A stretch of DNA of 32,000 nucleotides from Fibrobacter succinogenes subsp. succinogenes S85 (GCF_000146505.1 NC_017448.1:1170001-1202000); one strand, 5' to 3'. Shown: positions 23,192 to 31,870, numbered from the stretch's first letter. The notes: a model not told the origin generated them from the sequence alone. Program-made: numbers and translations.

Positions 23192-24460
23192 TTACTTCTT
23201 GAGGCTCGGAACGCCACCGAAGTCGACGTTCGTCTTCTTGCCGAGCAAGAGAGCGCGAGTCTTGAGCGGGAGGCCGTAGCAACGGATGAAGCCCGTAGCG
23301 TCCTTCTGGTCGTACATGTCAACGTCCGTGAATCCACCGAGGCCCATGTCGTACAAGCTGTACGGGCTCTTGATGCCAGCCGGGATGATGTTGCCCTTGT
23401 AAAGCTTGAGGGTAACTTCACCCGTCACAACCTTGTTCACTTCATTGAAGAAGGCGTCCATAGCCTGGCGGAGCGGAGTGAACCACTGGCCATTGTAGAC
23501 AAGGTTTGCGTATGTCATAGACATCTTCTGAGCTTCGAACAAAGTTTCCTTGTCAAGCACGAGCTGCTGCAAGCATTCGTGAGCCTTGTAAAGGAGCGTG
23601 CCACCCGGAGTTTCATAAACACCGCGGCTCTTGAGGCCGACAAGGCGGTTTTCAACGATGTCCAAAAGACCGCAAGCGTTCTTGCCACCGATTTCGTTCA
23701 AGAATTCGAGAAGTTCAACAGCGCCCATCTTCTTGCCGTTGATAGCGACCGGATTGCCCTTTTCAAAGGAGATCGTCACGTGATCGGCCTTGTTCGGAGC
23801 CTTTTCATACGTGTTGGTGTGCTTGAGGAATTCGTACTTGTGTTCCTGTTCCGGGAATTCCAAGACGCCACCTTCGTGAGAAAGGTGCCAGAGGTTGCCG
23901 TCTTCGGAGTAGATCTTCTTCTTGCTGATGCCGTTGAGCGGAATCTTGTGTGCAGCAGCGTAGTCGATAGCGTCTTCGCGGCTGTGGAATGTCCAACGCG
24001 GGTCCTTCCACGGAGCGATGACTTCAAGCTTCGGGTTGAGAGCTGCGTAGGTGAGTTCGAAACGAACCTGGTCGTTACCCTTACCGGTAGCACCGTGAGC
24101 AACAGCGTAAGCGCCTTCCTTTTCGGCGATCTTGACCTGGTACTTAGCGATGAGTGGACGAGCGAAAGACGTACCGAGGAGGTAAGTGCCTTCGTACTTT
24201 GCACCGGCGCGAACGGTCGGCCAAACGTATTCTTCAAGGAATTCCTTCTTGAGGTCGAGAACGTAGCACTTGGAAGCACCGGTCTTGAGAGCCTTTTCTT
24301 CGAGAGCCTTTGCGTTCGGGAAGTCATTCTGGCCGAGGTCGGCTGCGAATGCAATCACTTCGACGTCGTAGGTTTCCTTGAGCCAAGGAATGATGATGGA
24401 GGTGTCAAGTCCACCGCTGTAAGCGAGGACGACTTTCTTCTTGGATTCTGTTTTAGCCAT
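23192..24460 (-). CDS. argG: Argininosuccinate synthase
   Basis: 422-aa ORF with the VVLAYSGGLDTS ATP-binding motif and ArgG-like sequence throughout. Confidence 0.93.
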   Translation of the reverse strand: MAKTESKKKVVLAYSGGLDTSIIIPWLKETYDVEVIAFAADLGQNDFPNAKALEEKALKTGASKCYVLDLKKEFLEEYVWPTVRAGAKYEGTYLLGTSFARPLIAKYQVKIAEKEGAYAVAHGATGKGNDQVRFELTYAALNPKLEVIAPWKDPRWTFHSREDAIDYAAAHKIPLNGISKKKIYSEDGNLWHLSHEGGVLEFPEQEHKYEFLKHTNTYEKAPNKADHVTISFEKGNPVAINGKKMGAVELLEFLNEIGGKNACGLLDIVENRLVGLKSRGVYETPGGTLLYKAHECLQQLVLDKETLFEAQKMSMTYANLVYNGQWFTPLRQAMDAFFNEVNKVVTGEVTLKLYKGNIIPAGIKSPYSLYDMGLGGFTDVDMYDQKDATGFIRCYGLPLKTRALLLGKKTNVDFGGVPSLKK

Positions 24461-24512
24461 TTTGAATGTCCTTATGGAAAATTTTTTAGACGGAATAAAT
24501 GTAGTAAAAAAA

Positions 24513-24612
24513 GTTATTAGTTGTTAGTTACTAGTTAATAGTCATTAGTTACTAGTTATTTGTAGGTAGCTAATAGTCTATATAGTTGGTAGAACTCAGA
24601 ACTTAAAACCTA
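24513..24612. repeat. Array of ~14 degenerate tandem heptamers in the argG / mlaD-like divergent spacer
   Basis: The sequence reads GTTATTA GTTGTTA GTTACTA GTTAATA GTCATTA GTTACTA GTTATTT GTAGGTA GCTAATA GTCTATA (TA) GTTGGTA GAACTCA GAACTTA AAACCTA. The 14-mer TTAGTTACTAGTTA occurs twice, 21 nt apart. Confidence 0.8.
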
Positions 24613-24644
24613 AAGCGCAATACATTTTTTCTATTTTCAAAAAC

Positions 24645-25661
24645 ATGAAACTTTCGGACAGAGCGCTTGGCTACATTTCTCTCATTGTTTTTGCAGGTAT
24701 CTTTGCAGGCATTTCTTTTGGCATGTGGGCGGCCCACCAAAACGTACACCAGACAGCAATCGTCGATTTCAAGGAACTGGGTTCATTGCAGCCCGAAGAT
24801 CCCGTGGTGTTGCATGGCTACCGAGTCGGCACTATTGGAAGCGTCACCTGGCTTAAGGACCGCTCCCGTGTGAAGATTCATTTCACCGAACCGCTCAAGC
24901 TCCGCGAAGGTACGCAATTCAACAATGTAAACTACGCGCTCATGGGGCAACGCCGTCTCGAAATCATCCCGTCAAAGACGGGAACTCTCATGCCAGAAAA
25001 CCACGTGTTCCAAGGGCATTTTGAACCGGGCATTGCAGAAACACTCCGACTCGTTGAAAACGTAAACGAGCAGCTTGAAGCTGTGCGAAAGACAATTCTG
25101 CTGCTTGCGCAGGGAGACTCTTCGCACAAGTCCGCTCCGGAAATCTACGAAGAAGCGATGCATTCCATTGAAGATATTTTCGCGCATACCGAAAAAACAG
25201 TCAGCAAACTCGGCCCCAAGATGAACAAGCTTTTCAAGCAAATGAATTCTTCGACCAAAGCCATTTCCAAGACCGCCCTTCAAGCCGACTCGGCAATCAA
25301 GACTGTCACAGCTTCTGCCAACGAAAAACTTTCTCTTGTGGACTCCGTCGTCATCACGCTTACAGAAAATGCAAAAAAGACAAACGAAGTTCTCACGAGC
25401 ATTGAAAAGGGCATTGATTCCCAAACGCTTTTGCAATCCAAGGAACTTGTCGAAAACATCAACGAAATTATTGCAAGCCTCAACAAGGCCGTGCAAACCA
25501 TCGACACGAAGAATTTTGGATTCAAGGATAAAGACGGCAATCCGATCAAGCTGATTACCTGGAAGAACATGAACATCGTTGGCGACAACGCCCGCGACAA
25601 AGCTCGCAAGCGATTGGAAGAAGCCAAGGCTCAACAAGAACAAAAGAAAGCAGGCAAGTAA
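24645..25661 (+). CDS. MlaD/MCE-domain protein with a long coiled-coil tail
   Basis: 338-aa ORF with an N-terminal TM segment and an MCE domain (VVLHGYRVGTIGSVTWLKDRSRVKIHF). A helical, low-complexity C-terminal half follows. Confidence 0.75.
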   Translation: MKLSDRALGYISLIVFAGIFAGISFGMWAAHQNVHQTAIVDFKELGSLQPEDPVVLHGYRVGTIGSVTWLKDRSRVKIHFTEPLKLREGTQFNNVNYALMGQRRLEIIPSKTGTLMPENHVFQGHFEPGIAETLRLVENVNEQLEAVRKTILLLAQGDSSHKSAPEIYEEAMHSIEDIFAHTEKTVSKLGPKMNKLFKQMNSSTKAISKTALQADSAIKTVTASANEKLSLVDSVVITLTENAKKTNEVLTSIEKGIDSQTLLQSKELVENINEIIASLNKAVQTIDTKNFGFKDKDGNPIKLITWKNMNIVGDNARDKARKRLEEAKAQQEQKKAGK

Positions 25662-27755
25662 ATGGATTTATCAAGCCTGCCCGGACTTGGTCCCAAGAGA
25701 CTTGAAAAGCTGAACAAGTCCGGCTTAAGTACCATAGCCGATCTTTTATACAACATTCCGCGCACTTACCTCGACCAGACCAAGGTTTCAAAGATTGCGG
25801 AACTGCACGATGGCGACCGCGCGGTCGTGATTGGAATTATCACAAGAGCAGGGATTGTCAAAGGGCGCATGTCGCGCTTTATGGCAGTCCTCACGGATGG
25901 CACCGCCGAAATTTCGCTTTTATTTTTCCGCGGCACACGATTCATCGCAAACCGCGTGAAGCCGGGAACACGTTGGCTTGTTTCGGGTACGGTCGGTTCA
26001 TACCGCGGGCTGCAATTGGTGCATCCGGACATGCAGCCGTTCGACGAAGGCGAAGCATTTAACGGACAAATTCTCCCCGTCTACCCGATTAGCGAAGTTT
26101 GCCGTGAAGCCAAAATGGAACAGCGGTTTTTCCGCAATTTGTACAAGACGATTTTCAATTTTCCAGGACTCACGCTCCCGAACGCTTGCCCACGCGAACT
26201 CACGGACTATTTGCACTTTGCACCTGTGATGGACAATCTCCGTACGCTCCACATGCCGAAAGATTTTGATTCCATTTACAAGGCGAAGCGCGAGCTCAAG
26301 ATTTTGGAGCTTTTGCCGTTTTGCCTGCGTATGGTGAAGCGCCGCGAAAATCAAAAGATTCGCGGGCATGAACGCCAGATTGATTTGGGGAACGTGATGG
26401 CAGCGAAAGCGCGCCTCCCGTTCCAACTGACCGCAGGTCAGGACGCGGCGCTGAACACAATCATTGACGGTCTCAATGGCAAAAAGCAGTTCCACGCACT
26501 GTTGCAAGGCGACGTGGGCTGCGGAAAGACCGTAGTCGCCATGCTCGCCATTATGGCCGTCTGCGGAGCAGGCGAACAGTGCGCGTTGATGGTCCCGACA
26601 GACATTCTCGCCCGCCAGCATTTCAAGTCGCTCAAGCCGTTCTTTGATGCGGCAGGCATCCGCGTGCATCTGCTTGTTGGAGCAACTCCCGCCGCCGAAA
26701 AGAAAGTGATTCTCGGGGAACTCCAGATGGGGCTCTGCAACGTTGTCATCGGAACGCATGCACTCTTTAGCAAGGACGTTTTCTTTGCAAAGCTCGGGCT
26801 CGTGATTATCGACGAACAGCACCGTTTCGGCGTGAGCCAGCGCGAAGCGCTGCTCGCCAAAGGCGACTACCCCGACATGCTCGTCATGAGCGCTACGCCG
26901 ATTCCGCGAAGCCTCGCGATGACGCTATATGGCGATTTGAAAGTCATCAGCATCAAGGAAAAGCCGGCAGGACGCAAGCCCATCAAGACGCGCCTCGTGA
27001 ACGCCGCGAAGCGCGAATCGATGAAGCAGTTTATTTGCAAGGAAGCCGCCGGCGGAAATCTCTGCTACTGGATTGCAAGCCGCGTAAACGCCGATGGTTC
27101 AGACAATGCCGACGAGAGTAGCGCCCGCAGTGTCGATGACATCGTGAACGAAATGCGTTCCTTTATCGCCGCCTTCGGCCACACTGATGCAAACATCGCA
27201 AAGCTCAAAGTCGCAGGCGTCCACGGCCAAATGGACGACACGCAAAGAGACGAAATTATCAAGCGCTTTGCCGCCGGCGAAATCCAGATTCTAGTTGCTA
27301 CAACCGTTATCGAAGTCGGCGTGAACGTCCCTGCCGCAAATCTCATGGTCATCGACCAGCCAGACCGATTCGGTCTGGCGCAGCTCCACCAGCTGCGCGG
27401 CCGCGTAGGCCGTGGCAATCAAGAAGCCTGGTGCTTCTTGATGACGCCTGAAGGCGAAGCCGCCGAAACAAGCATGGAACGCCTCTCGCAATTTGCCGCC
27501 ACCGAAGACGGCTTTGAAATTGCAGAACTTGACCTGAAAACACGCGGCGCCGGAAACCTCGAAGGCAACGAGCAAAGCGGAGCCTGGGTATTCCGCTGGT
27601 TTGACTGGATTCACGACCAGGAACTCATTTCACAAACGCTTGAACGCGCAGAGCATATATTAAAAGACGGTTCCGCATTTAACGAAACCGCCAAAGAAAA
27701 AATCCAGACTTGGTATAACGAGAAGCCCTCGGCAAACGAGGACGGCGTCCATTAA
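25662..27755 (+). CDS. recG: ATP-dependent DNA helicase RecG
   Basis: 697-aa ORF with Walker A GDVGCGKT, DEQHRFG, TTVIEVGVNVP and QLRGRVGRG. Its ATG directly follows the upstream TAA. Confidence 0.93.
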   Translation: MDLSSLPGLGPKRLEKLNKSGLSTIADLLYNIPRTYLDQTKVSKIAELHDGDRAVVIGIITRAGIVKGRMSRFMAVLTDGTAEISLLFFRGTRFIANRVKPGTRWLVSGTVGSYRGLQLVHPDMQPFDEGEAFNGQILPVYPISEVCREAKMEQRFFRNLYKTIFNFPGLTLPNACPRELTDYLHFAPVMDNLRTLHMPKDFDSIYKAKRELKILELLPFCLRMVKRRENQKIRGHERQIDLGNVMAAKARLPFQLTAGQDAALNTIIDGLNGKKQFHALLQGDVGCGKTVVAMLAIMAVCGAGEQCALMVPTDILARQHFKSLKPFFDAAGIRVHLLVGATPAAEKKVILGELQMGLCNVVIGTHALFSKDVFFAKLGLVIIDEQHRFGVSQREALLAKGDYPDMLVMSATPIPRSLAMTLYGDLKVISIKEKPAGRKPIKTRLVNAAKRESMKQFICKEAAGGNLCYWIASRVNADGSDNADESSARSVDDIVNEMRSFIAAFGHTDANIAKLKVAGVHGQMDDTQRDEIIKRFAAGEIQILVATTVIEVGVNVPAANLMVIDQPDRFGLAQLHQLRGRVGRGNQEAWCFLMTPEGEAAETSMERLSQFAATEDGFEIAELDLKTRGAGNLEGNEQSGAWVFRWFDWIHDQELISQTLERAEHILKDGSAFNETAKEKIQTWYNEKPSANEDGVH

Positions 27756-27758
27756 AAA

Positions 27759-28115
27759 TTAGAGCAAACGCGTCATTGTCCCGACAACAAGCGCAATCAA
27801 GACGACGTTCAAGAAGAACATGGCGCGGCGCACAATCAAGAAGAAAATCGCCTGCCAATGGAAGATATGGTCCGTCGGATTGACGAGTTCCTTTGCGGCC
27901 AAAAACACATTGATACCGCCCGTCATCACAAGCATAAAGGCACCTACAAAATAGCCTTCGTTCCAAACGAGAATCGTGAGCCACGAGCCCGCAATCATGG
28001 CGATAATGCCGATGATAATTTCGACACGCAAAAAGATGCGTTTAGCCTCGCGAGCCCTTCTCCGGCGATTTTCGCGAGCCGTCACGTCTTGATTTTTTTC
28101 TTCATCCGTCGCCAT
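27759..28115 (-). CDS. Small membrane protein, function unknown
   Basis: An ATG at 28115 (MATDEEKNQ...) lies 3 codons inside the TTG-initiated track ORF. A basic N-terminal region is followed by 3 predicted TM helices. Confidence 0.5.
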   Translation of the reverse strand: MATDEEKNQDVTARENRRRRAREAKRIFLRVEIIIGIIAMIAGSWLTILVWNEGYFVGAFMLVMTGGINVFLAAKELVNPTDHIFHWQAIFFLIVRRAMFFLNVVLIALVVGTMTRLL

Positions 28116-28147
28116 GTTTAACAACCCTTAAAAGTTTGTCTTCTAAT

Positions 28148-29965
28148 TTACAAGGAATACGATGTCGTCACAGAGTAATGGGGTTTGCCTTTAAGTACAC
28201 CGTTCAGCGGGAAACTCACGTCAATCTTGTTGATCAAGCGAGTGATAGACTTTGTCTGAGCCAAACGGATGCCAAAGCCAGCCACATAAATCAAATCCTT
28301 ACGCCTAATATCCTTGATCGTCGGGGCCGTTTCGCCGACACTACCAAAAGCGACTACAACAGGCGCTAATGTCAAAATTTCAAAATCAGGGAACCAGCGC
28401 TGTTCCAAATTGCCATAAATGCGAGCTTGCCCGGCGTAAAAACCGGTCGGGAATCCGAAACCATCAGAATCGCCAAGCGTCAACTGGTAGCCTAGTTTAG
28501 CGTCATCATACAAATCCACAAGTCCCGACAAAGCCGTAGAAAAACGCATACTCGGGTGGAAAATGTACTCGCCATTTAAACGGCCATAAAAATCACGACG
28601 CTTTCCATGGTCCAAATAAAAATACATATACGACTTCAAAGTCAAATGATGATTTAAGTGGCCAAGGTAAAGGTCCGTCCAGAAGTCCAAACGGATGTCG
28701 TTATTGTCGGAGCCAAGTTGTTCGTAATTTTTAGAAAGCTGAGCCTTAACGGAGAATCCCTTATCAATATCTTCAGTCCACCTGACGTTGTGGAAATTCT
28801 TGATTTTTTCGTAACGCAAGTTAGAGTACATGATATAAAAACCAAGGCGGGAATCCTTGCGTTCCTGAGTCCATTCGTTCACAGCGCTTGCAGAATCCAC
28901 CGCATACACGTCGTCACCATACATGAACGCATAAGGCAATACTCGACCTTCATTTGCAGTTTCACGCAAGTAATCATAGGTCGCGCCCAAGTAGATTTTG
29001 CGTTGCGTTCCACCAAACGAGCGGCTGAATCGGAGGCTCAAGGAATCAGTAATATAATCCTCAATGGCCATCACCTTCACAGATTTTTTCCCATTGTAAC
29101 GAGATAAGGAATTGAGGTATTTATCCGTTGCAATCGAATCGATTTGGCGGTCGCTCTTTTTCTTATTGTCCAGATCCTTACGGGCAATTTCTAATTGTTT
29201 GAGGAAAGCCTTATTTTGTGTATAATCATAAATTTTTGCGCCCGACGGGAGCTCGCCGCGACCATAATAAAAGACATTACGCTTGTTCTTCAAACCCTCA
29301 AGTGTGTACGCCCACTGGTTCACGCTACGGCTGAGGAACGGCACGTACATTTTCCAGCTCGCCAAGTAACCATCCGTATTGTAGCTGTACAAAAGGTCTA
29401 AATGGTTGTAGCGGAAAAGGAAATGCGGGTCGCCATATTCCAACTGCCACATATCGCGGAATTGATCATGTCCAAAGTAAAAACCGAGCTTTTGGCCAAG
29501 CCCAAGGAAATTGCTTTCTTGAACACCTATACCCCAAACGAGATTGTCGTAGCTCCACTCACTTCCCGAAAAACCTAAAGCAAAAGGAATCGTAAGAGTC
29601 CAGTTATCGCTCGTCTGGACCGTCACGACTTTTTTGCCTTCTTCGTCGGCAACGGAAATACTGGCGTCAGAAAGGAATTTCTGATCGCGCAAAAAACGTT
29701 CCGATTCCAAAAGCAAGTTCAAGTTGACGAGGTCGCCTTTGTCAAAAAGCAGAAGCTTACTCACCGTCGATTCGCGGGTTTCGATATGCACCCAGTTCAG
29801 AATGTCATACGCCCACCGGTCGTACTTCGTATGCGCCTTGGAATCGTCAAAGGCATCGCCAATATTGTAGCGGATTTCGTCCACACGGAAAACGGCATTA
29901 GAATCAACCACATCGGCAAAGGATGCGGCCGCAAAACTCAACAAACAAAATATTAATTTTTTCAC
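28148..29965 (-). CDS. Omp85/BamA-family outer-membrane protein with a single POTRA-like region
   Basis: The motif ESNFLGLGQKLGFYFG follows a POTRA-like segment (TRESTVSKLLLFDKGDLVNLNLLLESERFLRD...VTVQTSDNW), and a long beta-rich C-terminal part comes after. The track start at 29980 is a TTG. A GTG at 29965 gives a clean signal peptide, (M)KKLIFCLLSFAAASFA. Confidence 0.6.
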   Translation of the reverse strand: MKKLIFCLLSFAAASFADVVDSNAVFRVDEIRYNIGDAFDDSKAHTKYDRWAYDILNWVHIETRESTVSKLLLFDKGDLVNLNLLLESERFLRDQKFLSDASISVADEEGKKVVTVQTSDNWTLTIPFALGFSGSEWSYDNLVWGIGVQESNFLGLGQKLGFYFGHDQFRDMWQLEYGDPHFLFRYNHLDLLYSYNTDGYLASWKMYVPFLSRSVNQWAYTLEGLKNKRNVFYYGRGELPSGAKIYDYTQNKAFLKQLEIARKDLDNKKKSDRQIDSIATDKYLNSLSRYNGKKSVKVMAIEDYITDSLSLRFSRSFGGTQRKIYLGATYDYLRETANEGRVLPYAFMYGDDVYAVDSASAVNEWTQERKDSRLGFYIMYSNLRYEKIKNFHNVRWTEDIDKGFSVKAQLSKNYEQLGSDNNDIRLDFWTDLYLGHLNHHLTLKSYMYFYLDHGKRRDFYGRLNGEYIFHPSMRFSTALSGLVDLYDDAKLGYQLTLGDSDGFGFPTGFYAGQARIYGNLEQRWFPDFEILTLAPVVVAFGSVGETAPTIKDIRRKDLIYVAGFGIRLAQTKSITRLINKIDVSFPLNGVLKGKPHYSVTTSYSL

Positions 29966-30034
29966 GGCAAGAATATACAATTTTAGACGAGAGGAAAAAA
30001 GATGAAAGACGAGAGATATCGTCTATTTCTATAC

Positions 30035-30063
30035 TTGCACATTCACGATGCTTTTTCTACATT
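30035..30063 (+). promoter_or_regulatory. Candidate promoter of rnpB
   Basis: TTGCAC (30035-30040), a 17-nt spacer, then TACATT (30058-30063). This places the predicted start ~7 nt downstream, at the inferred 5' end of P1. Confidence 0.4.
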
Positions 30064-30070
30064 TCGCCAC

Positions 30071-30436
30071 GAGTGGCGGATGGCCGCCGGCAGCGAGCAA
30101 TCAAAGCTGGAGGAAAGTCCGGGCACCGCAGGGCAAGATGCTGGATAACGTCCAGGCGCGGTAACGCGACAGAAAGTGCAGCAGAGAATAGACCGCCCGC
30201 AGCAATGCGGGTAAGGGTGAAACGGCGAGGTAAGAGCTCACCGCGCTCCTGGTGACAGGAGTGGCATGGTAAACCTCATCCGGTGCAAGACCAAGCAGGA
30301 TTCCGTTCGAAAGAACCTGGTGCGGCCCGTGCCAGCTGGATATCCGGGTAGGTCGCTTGAGGCGGTCGGTAACGATTCGTCCAGAGAGATGGTCATCGCT
30401 TCGCAAGAAGTACAGAACCCGGCTTATAACTACTCT
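30071..30436 (+). ncRNA. rnpB: RNase P RNA, bacterial type A
   Basis: The universal blocks are present: GGAGGAAAGTCCGGGC, AGGGTGAAACGGCGAGGTAAGAGCTCACC, GGTAAACCTCATCCGGTGCAAG, GGGTAGGTCGCTTGAGG and ACAGAACCCGGCTTA. P1 pairs GAGTGG (30071) with CTACTC (30430-30435). The ends are approximate, within about 5 nt. Confidence 0.92.
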
Positions 30437-30441
30437 ACTAT

Positions 30442-30479
30442 GAAGGCTTCCGCGACAAACGGAAGCCTTCACCATTTTT
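30442..30479 (+). terminator. Rho-independent terminator of rnpB
   Basis: GAAGGCTTCCG-(7 nt)-CGGAAGCCTTC, a perfect 11-bp stem, then ACCATTTTT. It overlaps the stop codon of the convergent lipoprotein gene. Confidence 0.8.
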
Positions 30480-31077
30480 AATCGTAGAGGTCGTCTTCTT
30501 TTTGACGATTTTGACTATCTTCCCAATTTTTCTCTTCCCACTTGCAATCTTCGGCAAAAGAATTCGTTCTAGAGATAAGCTCATCCAATGGAGCATTCTC
30601 AAAAGCAATTATAAAGTAAGAGACCTGGCCTTCGCAATATGTTTCAATAAAATTTTTCTTGTTTGATTTTTCCTTAACCGCTTCATTGAATTCCATGCAC
30701 ATCGCCACTTTATTGCGATTGTTCAAATTGTAGTAGGAATCCTCGTAATACTGCGTACCGTTACCATCAGCATCAAAAGTCAATCGTTCAACATGACCTT
30801 GGCGGTTCGGAATATTAAACTTCTTTTCGCTCCATATTTTTCCATCTGGTTCTTCACCATGGGTCACAATACAATAAAAATTGGGATCCCCATTCTCAGG
30901 GAAACTACCCTTCTTGGCGTTTGACGTATTCGCGCCAGTTCCATTATTTGAGGAAGCCGCATTATTCTGATTATTTGACGTAGACGAAGCGTCACTATTG
31001 CTAGAAGCCGAGTCATCGCAAGCCGTCAAAGCAAAGGCAAGCGCAATTGAGCCCATAGCAAGCAAAAACTTTTTCAT
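30478..31077 (-). CDS. Lipoprotein, function unknown
   Basis: 199-aa ORF with lipobox ALTAC and an Asn/Ser-rich linker. I recognise no motifs in the globular C-terminal domain. Confidence 0.65.
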   Translation of the reverse strand: MKKFLLAMGSIALAFALTACDDSASSNSDASSTSNNQNNAASSNNGTGANTSNAKKGSFPENGDPNFYCIVTHGEEPDGKIWSEKKFNIPNRQGHVERLTFDADGNGTQYYEDSYYNLNNRNKVAMCMEFNEAVKEKSNKKNFIETYCEGQVSYFIIAFENAPLDELISRTNSFAEDCKWEEKNWEDSQNRQKEDDLYD

Positions 31078-31105
31078 TCCATTTCTCCTTTCTTAAAAAT
31101 TTCTC

Positions 31106-31750
31106 TTACAAACTTACAAATTTTTTCATACCCGCAAAAGTGACTGCTATGCTCACGAGTACAGATAAAGCCAAAATTACAAGCGGAATAAACAAGCCAC
31201 TCAAAAAAACTTCATGGCCAAGTTGCACAAGCAAAAGAAGAGGAATGATAAAGAACAATGTAATGTGCGTCGCTGCACGGACAGTCTTAACGCGAAGCGA
31301 TACCATCAGCGAAAACGCGGTCGTCAAAAGCACCGCCGAAAGTGCTCCAAGCATTGAAGCGATCGCCGCCATCGCCGTAATTTCAGAATGAGAAAACCAG
31401 TAGCCGAGCTGAGCCAAAAGAGCAAACACAACCGGAAACGGGAGAATCGCAAATAGCTTGCCCCAAAAGAGCTTCGCAGGCGCAATCGGAGAAAGCTGCA
31501 AAAGTTCCAGCGAATTGCGTTCACGCTCGCCCGCAAAAGAATCACCCGCCAAGGGAGCGCCCATCGGGGCCATCAAGCAACCGAGCAACAGCATCATGTA
31601 GCTTTCCATGCCCTGCATAATCTCTCCACCGTAACGCGACACAGCAATCGCCTGGCTCGCCGCAAGAATCACCGGCGGGATGATAAACGGAATCCAAAAA
31701 CGCGGATCCCTAAAGATCAAACGAAGTTCGTGTTTAAAAACATGGAGCAT
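31106..31750 (-). CDS. ABC-2-type transporter permease-like membrane protein
   Basis: 214-aa ORF with ~6 TM helices and the motif GDSFAGERERNSLELLQLSP, typical of ABC-2 exporter permeases. Confidence 0.65.
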   Translation of the reverse strand: MLHVFKHELRLIFRDPRFWIPFIIPPVILAASQAIAVSRYGGEIMQGMESYMMLLLGCLMAPMGAPLAGDSFAGERERNSLELLQLSPIAPAKLFWGKLFAILPFPVVFALLAQLGYWFSHSEITAMAAIASMLGALSAVLLTTAFSLMVSLRVKTVRAATHITLFFIIPLLLLVQLGHEVFLSGLFIPLVILALSVLVSIAVTFAGMKKFVSL

Positions 31751-31870
31751 ATATCTAACCTAGAACTTAGCAAAAAAAGAACTCTCACAGCAGCAATTTC
31801 AGTCATTTCGTGCTACCAAATTGAAAATTTCGTATTTTTTGTAGCATACTTTTATATTTTCAGGTTTGTC

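Noticed and set aside
23085-23282. N-terminal 66-codon extension of the FISUMP lipoprotein ORF
   Set aside because: The extension runs across the argG terminator and into the argG 3' end. The internal MKKFVLCASLW...AACG start gives a proper lipoprotein signal peptide.
23174-24520. 448-aa + strand ORF
   Set aside because: It lies entirely antisense to argG, which has unmistakable motifs. The ORF is low-complexity (Val/Leu/Glu/Arg-rich), as expected of a shadow frame.
24513-24612. CRISPR array or coding tandem repeat as an explanation for the heptamer tract
   Set aside because: The units are 7 nt with no spacers, and the tract has stop codons in all six frames. No cas genes are nearby.
25998-26822. 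274-aa minus-strand ORF inside recG (similar cases lie inside the mlaD-like gene, the cyclase gene, dusA, argF, bioB, pheA and rph)
   Set aside because: All are antisense to genes with strong family signatures, so they are typical long shadow ORFs.
29923-30481. Three ORFs (29923-30255 +, 30266-30481 +, 30101-30475 -)
   Set aside because: All overlap the RNase P RNA gene. Their Arg/Gly-rich translations are typical of reading through a structured, GC-rich RNA.
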